Source: Verrucomicrobiales bacterium (lineage in GTDB: Bacteria > Verrucomicrobiota > Verrucomicrobiia > Limisphaerales > UBA11320). From it: 46,462 bases of DNA. The notes beneath the pieces were generated by a model that was not told where the DNA came from, ran no database searches, and was given only the letters and a program-made list of their open reading frames with translations. Location of the stretch: contig DMJJ01000214.1 in assembly GCA_003452185.1 (NCBI GenBank), forward strand, positions 1 to 46,462. Reading direction: 5' to 3'. This document shows, piece by piece, positions 27,444 through 36,267 of this stretch. The position numbers and the translations under genes were made by a program. Position 1 is the stretch's first letter. Each line of letters starts with the position of its first letter.

Positions 27444-30400
27444 ATGAGACGATCCGAGCGTTGGCGGGATCGTTCGAAACTCGTGTTCCAGGCCGGCAGG
27501 CCCCCCCTGCTCCTCCTGACTCTTTGGCTCCTCTCCCTTTGGACGGCCGGCGCCGCGCCACCCGCCACTCCCCGACGGCCCGTTGTTGATACCTACCACG
27601 GAGTGGCGGTCGAGGAGGACTATCGCTGGCTGGAGGCGGGGGAAGCCCCCGAGGTGCGCCGGTGGAGCGAGGGGCAGAACGCGGAGGCCCGACGTCACCT
27701 GGACGGGCTTCCCTCCCGCCGCCTGATCCGGGAGCAACTCACGCGACTCCTCTCCGAAGGGACCACCAACTATTCCTCCGTGGTCTGGAGGGCCGGGCGC
27801 CTCTTCCTGATCAAGTTTGCCCCGCCCGCGCAACAGCCGATCCTGGTGACGCTGGAGAGCGCCACGAACGCCGCCTCCGAGCGGGTGGTCCTCGACCCGG
27901 GGCTCATCGACCCGCGGGGAGCCACGACCATTGATTGGTATGTCCCGTCGCCCGATGGGAAGCGGGTGGCGGTGTCGCTCTCGGAAAACGGGACCGAGCT
28001 CGGCACCCTGCAGGTCTTCGAGGCGGAGACCGGCAAGCCGCTGCCGGACCGGATCCCCGGGGTCCATGGCCCCACGGCGGGCGGGAGCGCGGTTTGGAGC
28101 CGCGACGGAACGGGGATTTTCTACACCCGCTACCCGCGCGAGGGGGAACGCCCCAAGGGGGACCGCCTCTTTTACCAGCAGGTCTGGTTTCACCGCCTCG
28201 GAACCCCGCCGGCGAGCGACCTATATGAGATCGGCAAGGAGTTTCCACGCATCGCCGAGGTGGTCCTTGAGAGCAGTCCCGACGGTCAACGGGTGCTGGC
28301 CCGGGTGGCGAACGGGGACGGGGGGGAGTTCGCATTTCACCTCCGGGAACCCGACGGCACCTGGCGCGAGGTGGCCGGGTTCTCCGACCGCATCACCCAG
28401 GCCGAGTTTGGCCGGGATCCCCTCTACATAGAGTCAGGGAGGGACAACGCCCTCTACTTGCTCTCGCTCCTGGAGGCCCCCAGGGGACGGCTCCTGCGAC
28501 TCCCCTTCTCGGCCGGTTCTCTCGGGGAGGCCACGGTGATCCTCCCCGAGGGGACGAACGTCCTGGCCACGTTCCGCCCCTCAGCCAGCGGCCTCGCCTT
28601 GGTGTACCGGGACGGGGGTCCGTCGCATCTCCGGTTCCTTCCCTTCGGGGAGAAGACCCCCCTCAGCCCGCAGGAGGCCCCGCTCACGGGGATCCAGGAG
28701 CTCGTGGTGACGCACGGGGACGAGATCCTGTACCAGGTCGCCTCCTACACCCAGCCGGTGGCTTGGCGGCGCTACGACCCCACCCTCGACCGCGAGCGGG
28801 TCGATTCCACCCAGCTCACCTCCCCCAGCTCGGTCGATTTCAGCGATATCGAGGGGGTGCGGGAGAAAGTCCTCTCGAAGGATGGGACCCGGGTGCCGTT
28901 GACGATCCTACGCAGGAAGGGAACGCGGCTCGATGGCCGAAACCCGGTGCTCCTGCAGGGCTACGGCGGTTACGGGATCAGTCTCTCTCCCCGGTTCGAT
29001 GTCACCCGCCGCGTCTGGTTCGATCGAGGCGGCATCCTCGCCATCGCCAACCTTCGAGGCGGCGGGGAGTACGGCGAGCAGTGGCACACCGGGGGAAACC
29101 TGCTCCGGAAACAGAATGTCTTCGACGACTTCGCAGCGTGCGCCTCGTTCCTGATCGAGTCGAACTATACCTCCCCAGGCCGGCTCGCCATCGAGGGGGG
29201 GTCCAACGGCGGCCTGTTGATGGGGGCCACCCTCACCCAGCACCCCGGGCTTTTCCGAGCCGTGGTGTCCCACGTCGGCCTTTACGACATGCTGCGGGTG
29301 GAGCTCGATCCAAACGGGGAGTTCAACATCACCGAGTTCGGAAGCGTCCGGGACCCGGAGCAGTTCAGGGCGCTTCATGCCTACTCCCCCTATCACCAGG
29401 TCCGGGACGGAACCCGGTATCCCGCCGTGCTCATGCTGACCGGGGAGATGGACGGGCGGGTCAACCCCGCCCACTCCCGCAAGATGGTCGCCCGCCTGCA
29501 GGCGGCCACAGCCAAGGGGGGAGGGCCGATCCTCCTCCGGACAAGCGCCCACTCCGGCCATGGGATCGGCACCCCGTTGAACGAGCGGCAGGAGCAGCAG
29601 GCGGACGTCTACGCTTTTCTGTTCGACGCCCTCGGGTTGGAGTACTCCCTCGTCGACCGCGGCCCATGGTCCGGCGGGGTGACCCCCCGGTCCGCCACGG
29701 TCAAGGCGCGACTGGCCCGCCCGGACCTTCGCGCCCGGCTGCTCCTCAGCCAGGACCCCGGGCTGAACCGGCCATGGCGGTCGCCGGTGGAGGTCTCCGA
29801 TGCCGACCGGTTCAATGTGGTGGAGTTTCCGGTCGGGCTGCTCCACCCCGACACCCGATACCACTACGCGCTGGAGATCGATGGGCGGATTGATCCGGGC
29901 AGCCGGGGGGAGCTCCGCACATTCCCGCCGCCGGGGCCTGCGTCGTTCAGCGTTGCCTTCGGATCGTGCGCGCGCACCGGCTCGACGAGCGACGTGTTTG
30001 ACCGGATCCGCGAGGCCGATCCGCTCTTCTTTCTTCACATGGGGGATTTTCACTACCTCGACATCCGGACCAACAGCCGCGCCCGGTTCCGGGCGGCGTA
30101 CGAATCGGTCCTGGCCTCCCCGCAGCAATCCGACCTCTATCGACGGGTGCCGATCGCGTACATCTGGGATGACCACGACTTCGGCGGCAACGAGAGCGAC
30201 GGTCGTTCCCCCTCGCACGAGGCGGCGAGGCATACGTACGAGGAGTTTGTCCCCCATTACCCCCTCCCGTTTGAGGGCGAGGGCCCGATCAGCCAGTCGT
30301 TCTCCGTCGGGCGGGTCAAATTCATCCTCACCGACCTCCGGTCCCAGCGCAGCTCCGTCACCAACGAGGACGGCGCGGGGAAGTCGATGCTGGGTGCCGC

Positions 30401-31022
30401 CCAGAAGGCCTGGTTCAAGCGGGAGCTCCTGGAGGCCCGTGACCGGTTTCCCCTCATCTGCTGGGTCAGCTCGGTCCCGTGGATCGGCCGGGACGGGACG
30501 AACGTCTATCGACGGGTGGGGACGAACCACTTTGGCTATTTTCATCACACCAACCTCCCGGCTGCACCCCGGCCCAATGAGGATCCGCGTCGAGGGCCGC
30601 GTCCCCCCGGACGGCGCCCCAGCTCTGAACAGGACCATTGGAGCGTCTTCGCCACGGAGCGCCGGGAGATCGCCGACTTCATCAAGTCGAACCACATCCA
30701 GGGTGTCTGCATCCTGCACGGCGACTCCCACATGCTGGCGGCCGACGACGGCACCTTCAGCGATTACGCCACGGGGGGCGGCGCCCCGATTCCCGTGATG
30801 TGCGGGGGGCCCCTGGACCAGGATCCCTCGCTCAAAGGGGGGCCCTACAGCCAGGGAGTCTACCGGGTGAGGAAAGGGGAGAGCGGGTTCGGGCTGCTCC
30901 AGATCCTGGACCGCGGCGACCATATCGATGTCCACTACAGCGGGCGGAACAACCGGAACGAGGAGAAGATCACCCTCAGCTTCGTCGTCCCGGCCCCGTC
31001 CGCAAAAGGCCCACCACCATGA
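27444..31022 (+). CDS. fusion protein: S9 prolyl oligopeptidase family serine peptidase (N-terminal ~730 aa) + PhoD-like alkaline phosphatase/metallophosphatase (C-terminal ~460 aa)
   Basis: Signal-like N-terminus (LLLLTLWLLSLWTAGAAP). S9 propeller followed by a catalytic domain with GGSNGGLLMGA (GxSxGG), TGEMDGRVNP and AHSGHG. A PhoD_N-like GPWSGGVTPRSATVKARL follows. The metallophosphatase motifs are VAFGSCAR, LHMGDFHYLD, YIWDDHDFGGNE and ILHGDSHM. It is one uninterrupted frame. The GTG at 27438 is an alternative start. Confidence 0.85.
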   Translation: MRRSERWRDRSKLVFQAGRPPLLLLTLWLLSLWTAGAAPPATPRRPVVDTYHGVAVEEDYRWLEAGEAPEVRRWSEGQNAEARRHLDGLPSRRLIREQLTRLLSEGTTNYSSVVWRAGRLFLIKFAPPAQQPILVTLESATNAASERVVLDPGLIDPRGATTIDWYVPSPDGKRVAVSLSENGTELGTLQVFEAETGKPLPDRIPGVHGPTAGGSAVWSRDGTGIFYTRYPREGERPKGDRLFYQQVWFHRLGTPPASDLYEIGKEFPRIAEVVLESSPDGQRVLARVANGDGGEFAFHLREPDGTWREVAGFSDRITQAEFGRDPLYIESGRDNALYLLSLLEAPRGRLLRLPFSAGSLGEATVILPEGTNVLATFRPSASGLALVYRDGGPSHLRFLPFGEKTPLSPQEAPLTGIQELVVTHGDEILYQVASYTQPVAWRRYDPTLDRERVDSTQLTSPSSVDFSDIEGVREKVLSKDGTRVPLTILRRKGTRLDGRNPVLLQGYGGYGISLSPRFDVTRRVWFDRGGILAIANLRGGGEYGEQWHTGGNLLRKQNVFDDFAACASFLIESNYTSPGRLAIEGGSNGGLLMGATLTQHPGLFRAVVSHVGLYDMLRVELDPNGEFNITEFGSVRDPEQFRALHAYSPYHQVRDGTRYPAVLMLTGEMDGRVNPAHSRKMVARLQAATAKGGGPILLRTSAHSGHGIGTPLNERQEQQADVYAFLFDALGLEYSLVDRGPWSGGVTPRSATVKARLARPDLRARLLLSQDPGLNRPWRSPVEVSDADRFNVVEFPVGLLHPDTRYHYALEIDGRIDPGSRGELRTFPPPGPASFSVAFGSCARTGSTSDVFDRIREADPLFFLHMGDFHYLDIRTNSRARFRAAYESVLASPQQSDLYRRVPIAYIWDDHDFGGNESDGRSPSHEAARHTYEEFVPHYPLPFEGEGPISQSFSVGRVKFILTDLRSQRSSVTNEDGAGKSMLGAAQKAWFKRELLEARDRFPLICWVSSVPWIGRDGTNVYRRVGTNHFGYFHHTNLPAAPRPNEDPRRGPRPPGRRPSSEQDHWSVFATERREIADFIKSNHIQGVCILHGDSHMLAADDGTFSDYATGGGAPIPVMCGGPLDQDPSLKGGPYSQGVYRVRKGESGFGLLQILDRGDHIDVHYSGRNNRNEEKITLSFVVPAPSAKGPPP

Positions 31023-31792
31023 CCGCCCGCCTCATCCACGGCCCCCGGCTCCCCGGCATCGGTTTACTCCTCGCAGCCCTGGTGGCTCTCGGCACCGCAG
31101 GGGCCGAGGCCCCCGCCCCGCCCGCCCTGGGGGAGGCTCTCGCCGGATCGTGGCGATGGAGTTTCGCGATGCCCGACGGAAGCGTCGTGCGACCGCGGCT
31201 CACCCTCGCGCTGGAGGGGGGGACCTGGGTCGGCAAGACCCGATTCAGCCCCTGGTCCGAGGGACCTATCACCAACACGATCGTCACGGCGAACCAGCTT
31301 CGCTTTCAGGTGATCCGCCGGCGCGACGGGCGCGAGGTGACCACGACCTACAGCGGCACCTGGGACGCGACCGCCATCCGGGGCACGATCGAGTCCAACT
31401 GGGCCGGGCCGACGGAGAGCTTCAACTGGGAGGCCCGCCGCGCCCACCAGGGGGTCGAGGGCACCTGGAGCTGGACAAACTCCCTGAGCTCCCTCCCCGG
31501 CGGGGGCAACCGCGGAGGCGGCCGCGGAGGCGGCACGCGCGTCGAACTCGACCAGGAGGGGGACCGCATCACCGGCAAGACGCTCTCCCGGTTCGGCCGG
31601 CCGACCAGGGTTACCCATGGCTCCATCACAAACGGGGAGGTCTACTTCGAGATCGAACGCACCTCCGGCGACTCACACACCGTCACCCGCTACCGCGGGA
31701 AGCAGTCGGGCGATGTCATCCTGGGGCGCATGGAACTCGAGTCGGACGAGGACCAGCGCGAAGGCCCCTGGGAGGCGCGACGCACGGATTAA
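31019..31792 (+). CDS. secreted two-repeat hypothetical protein
   Basis: The ATG at 31019 overlaps the upstream stop (ATGA). Signal peptide LPGIGLLLAALVALGTAGAEA. Two similar modules each begin G(S/T)W(R/S)W and end ...W(E)ARR. They are joined by a Gly/Arg linker, GGGNRGGGRGGG. Confidence 0.65.
   Translation: MTARLIHGPRLPGIGLLLAALVALGTAGAEAPAPPALGEALAGSWRWSFAMPDGSVVRPRLTLALEGGTWVGKTRFSPWSEGPITNTIVTANQLRFQVIRRRDGREVTTTYSGTWDATAIRGTIESNWAGPTESFNWEARRAHQGVEGTWSWTNSLSSLPGGGNRGGGRGGGTRVELDQEGDRITGKTLSRFGRPTRVTHGSITNGEVYFEIERTSGDSHTVTRYRGKQSGDVILGRMELESDEDQREGPWEARRTD
31511..31534 (+). repeat. perfect 12-bp tandem duplication (cgcggaggcggc x2) inside the CDS
   Basis: 31511-31522 and 31523-31534 are identical. 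The duplication is in frame and encodes RGGG-RGGG in the inter-module linker. Confidence 0.9.
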
Positions 31793-31801
31793 ATCGGGCC
31801 T

Positions 31802-31993
31802 TCAGCGGAGCGGCATGTAGGTCTGCTCCGGGCGGGCGACGGGCGCCGGCGTCCAGTCCACGGCCCTGTCCACCGCGAGCCTCATCTGCTGAAACCACCA
31901 CTGCGCCCTGCCGCGGCGACGCTGATGACGCGATGCGTTGCAAACCCGGGCCCGCTCCTGTTGGAAGTTCAGTTCGATCTGTTCGTTTCTCAT
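31802..31993 (-). CDS. candidate small Arg/Gln-rich basic protein (63 aa)
   Basis: ORF from the ATG at 31993 (MRNEQIELNFQQERARVCNASRHQRRRGRAQWWFQQMRLAVDRAVDWTPAPVARPEQTYMPLR). It sits in a locally lower-GC pocket, downstream of a terminator and 10 nt from the convergent gene end. Its third codon positions are less GC-biased than those of its neighbours. No SD sequence is seen. Confidence 0.3.
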   Translation of the reverse strand: MRNEQIELNFQQERARVCNASRHQRRRGRAQWWFQQMRLAVDRAVDWTPAPVARPEQTYMPLR

Positions 31994-32071
31994 AAGGTTT
32001 GTGTCGTTGTTGACGCGCACAAACCTGCCAGAGGGGGTTGGACAAAGGTGGTCTTGGGCCTGGGATAGGTG

Positions 32072-32106
32072 AAAAAAAGATTTCCCCCCTCCCCAGGGGG
32101 AGGGAG
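32072..32106 (-). terminator. Rho-independent terminator of the peptidase/GntP/dipeptidase operon
   Basis: The minus strand reads CUCCCUCCCC-cug-GGGGAGGGGG (about a 9-bp GC stem, 32085-32106) followed by aaaucUUUUUUU (T7 = A-run 32072-32078 on the + strand). It starts 31 nt after the TAG of the dipeptidase gene. Confidence 0.6.
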
Positions 32107-32136
32107 TGAGGGCACGCCCGTGCCGCTCCCCGACCG

Positions 32137-33201
32137 CTATGGAAGGTGCTGGCGGAGAAACCGCAGGAAGTTGCCGTGAAGGATCCCCTCGATATCGGTC
32201 TCTGAATACCCCCGGGCGCGGAAGAGGCCCGGGAGGCGCGTCAGGTCATGGATTGTCTTCAGGTCGGCCGGGGTCTGCTCGGTGCCGAAGGCCCCGTCGA
32301 GATCGGAGCCGATCCCGACATGGCGGGCGTTGCCGGCGATCTGGCAAATGTGGTCAACGTGGTCGACAATGACCTCGAGCTTCAGCCCGCGGCTCTCCGG
32401 GGTGTCCTTTCCCCTCACCCAGTCGGGAACCATCATCCAGGCGTCGAACACGGCACCGATCACCGCACCCCGGTCCAGGAGGGCCCGGATCATCTCGTCG
32501 CTCAGCTGGCGGTTGTGCGGGACCAGGGCCCGGCAGTTATGGTGGCTCGCCCAGACGGGCCCCTGGAAATGCTTCAGGGCCTCCCAGAAGCTGTCATCGC
32601 AGAGGTGGGTCGCATCCAGAATCACCCCGAGCCGCTCCATCTCGGAGAGGAGCTCCCGGCCACGGGGCGTGAGGCCGCCGGTCCAGTCGGTTCCCTGGGC
32701 GTAGCGACCGGGGCCGTAGTGGGCCGGCCCGATGGCCCGGAGTCCCTGGGAGTAGGAGCGCTCGACGTACGCCGGGGTCACCATGGAGTCCGCCCCCTCC
32801 AGGCTGAGGAGGTAGCCAATGGGGGCCTTCTCCGGGCTGGTGTGCCACGCCGCGAGATGGCGCTCGAGGCCGGCCCGATCCCGGACCTGCGACATCTCCC
32901 CGGCGTCCTCCATCGCCCGGTACCAGGCCAGCTGCCCCTGGGTCTGGGCCCACGCCTGCGCCGGGCTGTTCCAGCCCGGCAGGGGATTCTCCGGCTTCAC
33001 GAAACGGGCGATCTGCGTCGCCACGCAGAGACCGATCCCCGCCCGTCGCATCTCGGGGAGGGAGACCGTCCCACGCCCCCGGTCGGGCTTGTCGGTCAGG
33101 CCCGCCTCCCGACGCAGGATTTCCGCCAGCGGGCGGGTCAGGTCGCGATTCCACTCCAGGGCGTTCATGGCCAGGTCGAGGTGGGCGTCGAGAATGAACA
33201 T
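32137..33201 (-). CDS. M19 family (renal-type) dipeptidase, cytoplasmic
   Basis: MFILDAHLDLAMN start. Later motifs include GLRAIGPAHYG, ILDATHLCD, VWASHHNCRAL, VGIGSDLDG and ILHGNFLRFL, characteristic of membrane-dipeptidase-like amidohydrolases. No signal peptide. Confidence 0.8.
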   Translation of the reverse strand: MFILDAHLDLAMNALEWNRDLTRPLAEILRREAGLTDKPDRGRGTVSLPEMRRAGIGLCVATQIARFVKPENPLPGWNSPAQAWAQTQGQLAWYRAMEDAGEMSQVRDRAGLERHLAAWHTSPEKAPIGYLLSLEGADSMVTPAYVERSYSQGLRAIGPAHYGPGRYAQGTDWTGGLTPRGRELLSEMERLGVILDATHLCDDSFWEALKHFQGPVWASHHNCRALVPHNRQLSDEMIRALLDRGAVIGAVFDAWMMVPDWVRGKDTPESRGLKLEVIVDHVDHICQIAGNARHVGIGSDLDGAFGTEQTPADLKTIHDLTRLPGLFRARGYSETDIEGILHGNFLRFLRQHLP

Positions 33202-33223
33202 AAAGGGGCGTGTTGTGTTGATT

Positions 33224-33246
33224 GGGTTGGTTGGGAGTGGGTGGGG
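33224..33246 (+). other. G-run motif (GGG-N6-GGG-N3-GGG-N1-GGGG) in the GntP/dipeptidase intergenic spacer
   Basis: gggttggttgggagtgggtgggg fits the canonical G3+N1-7 x4 quadruplex pattern on the + (template) strand. The minus-strand mRNA here is a G-poor C/A-rich leader ending ...caacacaacacgccccuuuAUG. Confidence 0.5.
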
Positions 33247-33285
33247 TTGAGCGGGGTGACTTTTTGGATGCGGGGGAGCGGTCCG

Positions 33286-34644
33286 TCAGAACCAGATATC
33301 CAGGAGCATGGCCCCGCCGAGGGCCACCAGGCTGATGAGGGTTTCAAGCACCGACCAGGTTCTCAGGGTCTGGGGAACATCCAGCTCGAGGTACTCCTTC
33401 ACGAACCAGAAGCCCCCGTCGTTCAGGTGGCTCAGGAAAAGGGACCCCGCCCCAAGGGCGACCACCAGGAGCTCCGGGTTGGTCCCCGGGACCGCGGAGG
33501 CGATCGGGGCGGCGAGCCCCGCTGCGAGGGTGATCGCCACGGTGGCCGAGCCGACGGCCACACGGATCACGGCCGCCATGAGCCAGCCGAGCAGCAGGGG
33601 GGAGACATGAGCCTGCGAGACGAGCTGCGCAACCTGCCGGTCGACCCCCGACGCGATGAGCACCTTGCTGAACCCCCCGCCTGCCCCCACGACGAGGAAG
33701 ATCACCGCGGCGGGTCCGACCGACTCCTCGCAGAAACGGAGCACCTGGGCCCGGGTGAACCCCCGGGCCGTGCCGAACGCCCGGGCGGCAAACAGGACCG
33801 CGACCAGCATCGCCACGGCCGGCTTGGCGGCGAAGAGCACCCAGTCCCTCACCCCGTCGGCCGACCCGGGATGCCAGAACACCTGTGCCACCGTCCCCAG
33901 GAGCATGATCAGCACGGGAAGCAGGATGGTGACCAGGGTGAGCCCGAATCCAGGCGGCGTGATCCCGGGGCGGGAGGCGGGCGGGGCCGCGAAAGCCATC
34001 GGGGAGAGCCCTCCGACGCGGGAGGCGATCCATCGACCGAACACCGGGCCCGCCAGGATCGCGGTGGGAAGCCCGATCACGAGCGACCAGAGGATGGTGC
34101 GCCCGGTGTCGGCCCCGAGTTTGTCGATCGCGACCAACGGCCCGGGATGTGGCGGCACGAGCCCATGGGCCACCGAGAGGCCCGCCATGAGCGGAAGGCC
34201 GAGGAAGAGCCGCGATTGGCCGGTCTGTCGGCAGAGGTCCCGCAGGATCGGGATCAGGAGGACAACGCCGACGCCGAAGAACACCGGCAACCCGACTACA
34301 AGCCCCACGAGCATCAACGCCCAGTGCAGGTGCCGCGTCCCCATCCACCCGATCATCCGGCGGGCGATGACCTCCGCCCCTCCCGATTCCGCCAGCAGCT
34401 TGCCGAGCATCGTCCCGAGCCCCACCACCACCGCGATGAATCCGAGGGTGGAGCCCATCCCCTCCTGGAAGGCGGTGACGATCTCCGCGGGCCGGAGCCC
34501 TGAGGCGACCCCGACGAAGATCGAAGCGATGATCAGACCGGGGAAGGCGTGCACCTTCCACCGGCTCACCAGCAGCACCAGCCCGATCACCGCGGCGAGG
34601 GTGATCCCGAGCAGCGGGAATCCGTGTGACGGGGAGACGGGCAT
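33286..34644 (-). CDS. GntP family permease (gluconate:H+ symporter family)
   Basis: FPLLGITLAAVIGLVLLVSRWKVHAFPGLIIASIFVGVASG...AFQEGMGSTLGFIAVVVGLGTMLGKLLAESGGA and the C-terminal SHLNDGGFWFVKEY are typical GntP family signatures. About 12 or more TM helices. Confidence 0.85.
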   Translation of the reverse strand: MPVSPSHGFPLLGITLAAVIGLVLLVSRWKVHAFPGLIIASIFVGVASGLRPAEIVTAFQEGMGSTLGFIAVVVGLGTMLGKLLAESGGAEVIARRMIGWMGTRHLHWALMLVGLVVGLPVFFGVGVVLLIPILRDLCRQTGQSRLFLGLPLMAGLSVAHGLVPPHPGPLVAIDKLGADTGRTILWSLVIGLPTAILAGPVFGRWIASRVGGLSPMAFAAPPASRPGITPPGFGLTLVTILLPVLIMLLGTVAQVFWHPGSADGVRDWVLFAAKPAVAMLVAVLFAARAFGTARGFTRAQVLRFCEESVGPAAVIFLVVGAGGGFSKVLIASGVDRQVAQLVSQAHVSPLLLGWLMAAVIRVAVGSATVAITLAAGLAAPIASAVPGTNPELLVVALGAGSLFLSHLNDGGFWFVKEYLELDVPQTLRTWSVLETLISLVALGGAMLLDIWF

Positions 34645-34709
34645 TCGACGAGTCGGGAGGTGGCGAAGGGCTCAGGCGGGGAACGGGAGCCGCTGCGTGG
34701 CCCGGGGAG

Positions 34710-36254
34710 TCATTGCCCGGCCCCCACGGGTTTCATCGTGAGAGGGTCGCGGAGAGGGACATCCACAAGGCGCCCACCGGCGAGCTCGGCGAGCTTCACC
34801 GGGTGGTCGGGATGCCCCTTGAGGATCTCGTCGCGGCTTCCCACCACGAGGATCGCGACCTTCGACGGCTCGAGGTACTTCCGCGCCACGCGCTGAACCT
34901 CCTCGCGGGTCACGGCCTCGATACGGGGGCGATACTTGCGCCAGTAGTCGGGCTCGCGGGCGAAACGGCCCGTGTATTCCTCATCCGCGAAGGCCTCGGC
35001 CACCTGGGCCTTGGTGGCGAACCGGCGGGGGAATGTGTCGATGAACGCCCGCTTGGCGGTGTCGAGCTCCTCGTCGGTCACCGGCTCGGAGCTGATCCGC
35101 TTCATCTCCTCCAGGACGATGGAGGCGGCGTAGGCCACGGTTCGCGACTTGGACTGGAACCCGGCGTGGAACGGGAGCGGGTAGTAGGTGCCTCCCCGAA
35201 ACATGCTGAACGCCGAGTAGGCGAGCCCCTCGTCCGAGCGAACCCGGTTCATGATCCGGGAGGTGAAGCCCCCGCCCCCGAGGATCATGTTCATGATGGC
35301 GGCCGGCACGTTGTCGGGGCTGTCGCGCAGAAACCCGGGCAGCAGGATCGCCACGCGCCCCTGGTTGACCTCCTTGTTGACCAGGTACACCCCAGGCTGG
35401 GCGAACCGGGTGTTCACGGGGATGGCGGGGGCGGGCTCGCCCGCGTACGGCCAGTCGGCAAACAGCCGCTCCAGCTTCGCCACGAGGGCCGCGCGGTCGA
35501 AGTCGCCGCTGGCTGCCACCACGAAGTTCGAGGGATGAAACCACCGTCGGTGGAAGGCCAGAAGGTCCTCGCGCGTGATCGACTCCAGGGAGGCCTGGGT
35601 CTCGTGGCGGTTCGACCAGAACTCCTCCCCGTAGGCGAGGAACTCGAGCTCCCGCTCCTCGATCCCGGCGGAGTCATCGTTGCGCTGCTTGATTTCCTGG
35701 AGCATCTGCTGCCTGAAGAGGTCGAGCTTCTCCTTCTCAAACCGTGGCGTGGCGAGGACATCCCGGAGGATCGCGAGCCCCTCGTCGAGATCCTTGGAAA
35801 GGAGGTTCAGGGTGACCGTCCCCTTGGTCTCCTGGATGCTGGAGGAGAGGGTCGCCGCCAGGAACGCAAGGCGCTCCTCAAGGTCATCGGCCCCCTTGGC
35901 CGCGGTGCCGCCGCGCGCCAGGAGGTGCCCCATCGCGGCCGCCAGCCCCTCCTTGCCCGGCGGGGTGAGGTACTCGCCGGTCCGGACATGGATCACGAGG
36001 TTGACCAGCGGAAGCTCCCGGTCGGGCACGACGTAGGCCACCGGGCCTGACTTCAGGGCCACACGGAAGTCCGCCGGATTCGGGGGCTCAAACGTCAGCG
36101 GAGGGTAGGAGAGCTTCTCAGGCCGGTCGGGGATCGGCGCCGATGCCCCCCAGGCCGGCACGGGACCGGGGGTCAGGGAGAGGAGAATCGTCGCGATCAG
36201 CGGGAGCGCGAGCCCTACGAACCGGAGCGGGGCGGGCATGGAATGGGTAGGCAT
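34710..36254 (-). CDS. M16 family peptidase, non-catalytic (HxxEH-less) subunit, secreted
   Basis: Signal peptide [28 protein letters not shown]16 fold motifs are present, but HLLARGGT occupies the position of the zinc motif. It starts 13 nt after the stop of the upstream M16 gene. Confidence 0.8.
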   Translation of the reverse strand: MPTHSMPAPLRFVGLALPLIATILLSLTPGPVPAWGASAPIPDRPEKLSYPPLTFEPPNPADFRVALKSGPVAYVVPDRELPLVNLVIHVRTGEYLTPPGKEGLAAAMGHLLARGGTAAKGADDLEERLAFLAATLSSSIQETKGTVTLNLLSKDLDEGLAILRDVLATPRFEKEKLDLFRQQMLQEIKQRNDDSAGIEERELEFLAYGEEFWSNRHETQASLESITREDLLAFHRRWFHPSNFVVAASGDFDRAALVAKLERLFADWPYAGEPAPAIPVNTRFAQPGVYLVNKEVNQGRVAILLPGFLRDSPDNVPAAIMNMILGGGGFTSRIMNRVRSDEGLAYSAFSMFRGGTYYPLPFHAGFQSKSRTVAYAASIVLEEMKRISSEPVTDEELDTAKRAFIDTFPRRFATKAQVAEAFADEEYTGRFAREPDYWRKYRPRIEAVTREEVQRVARKYLEPSKVAILVVGSRDEILKGHPDHPVKLAELAGGRLVDVPLRDPLTMKPVGAGQ

Positions 36255-36267
36255 GGGATGAAATGGG

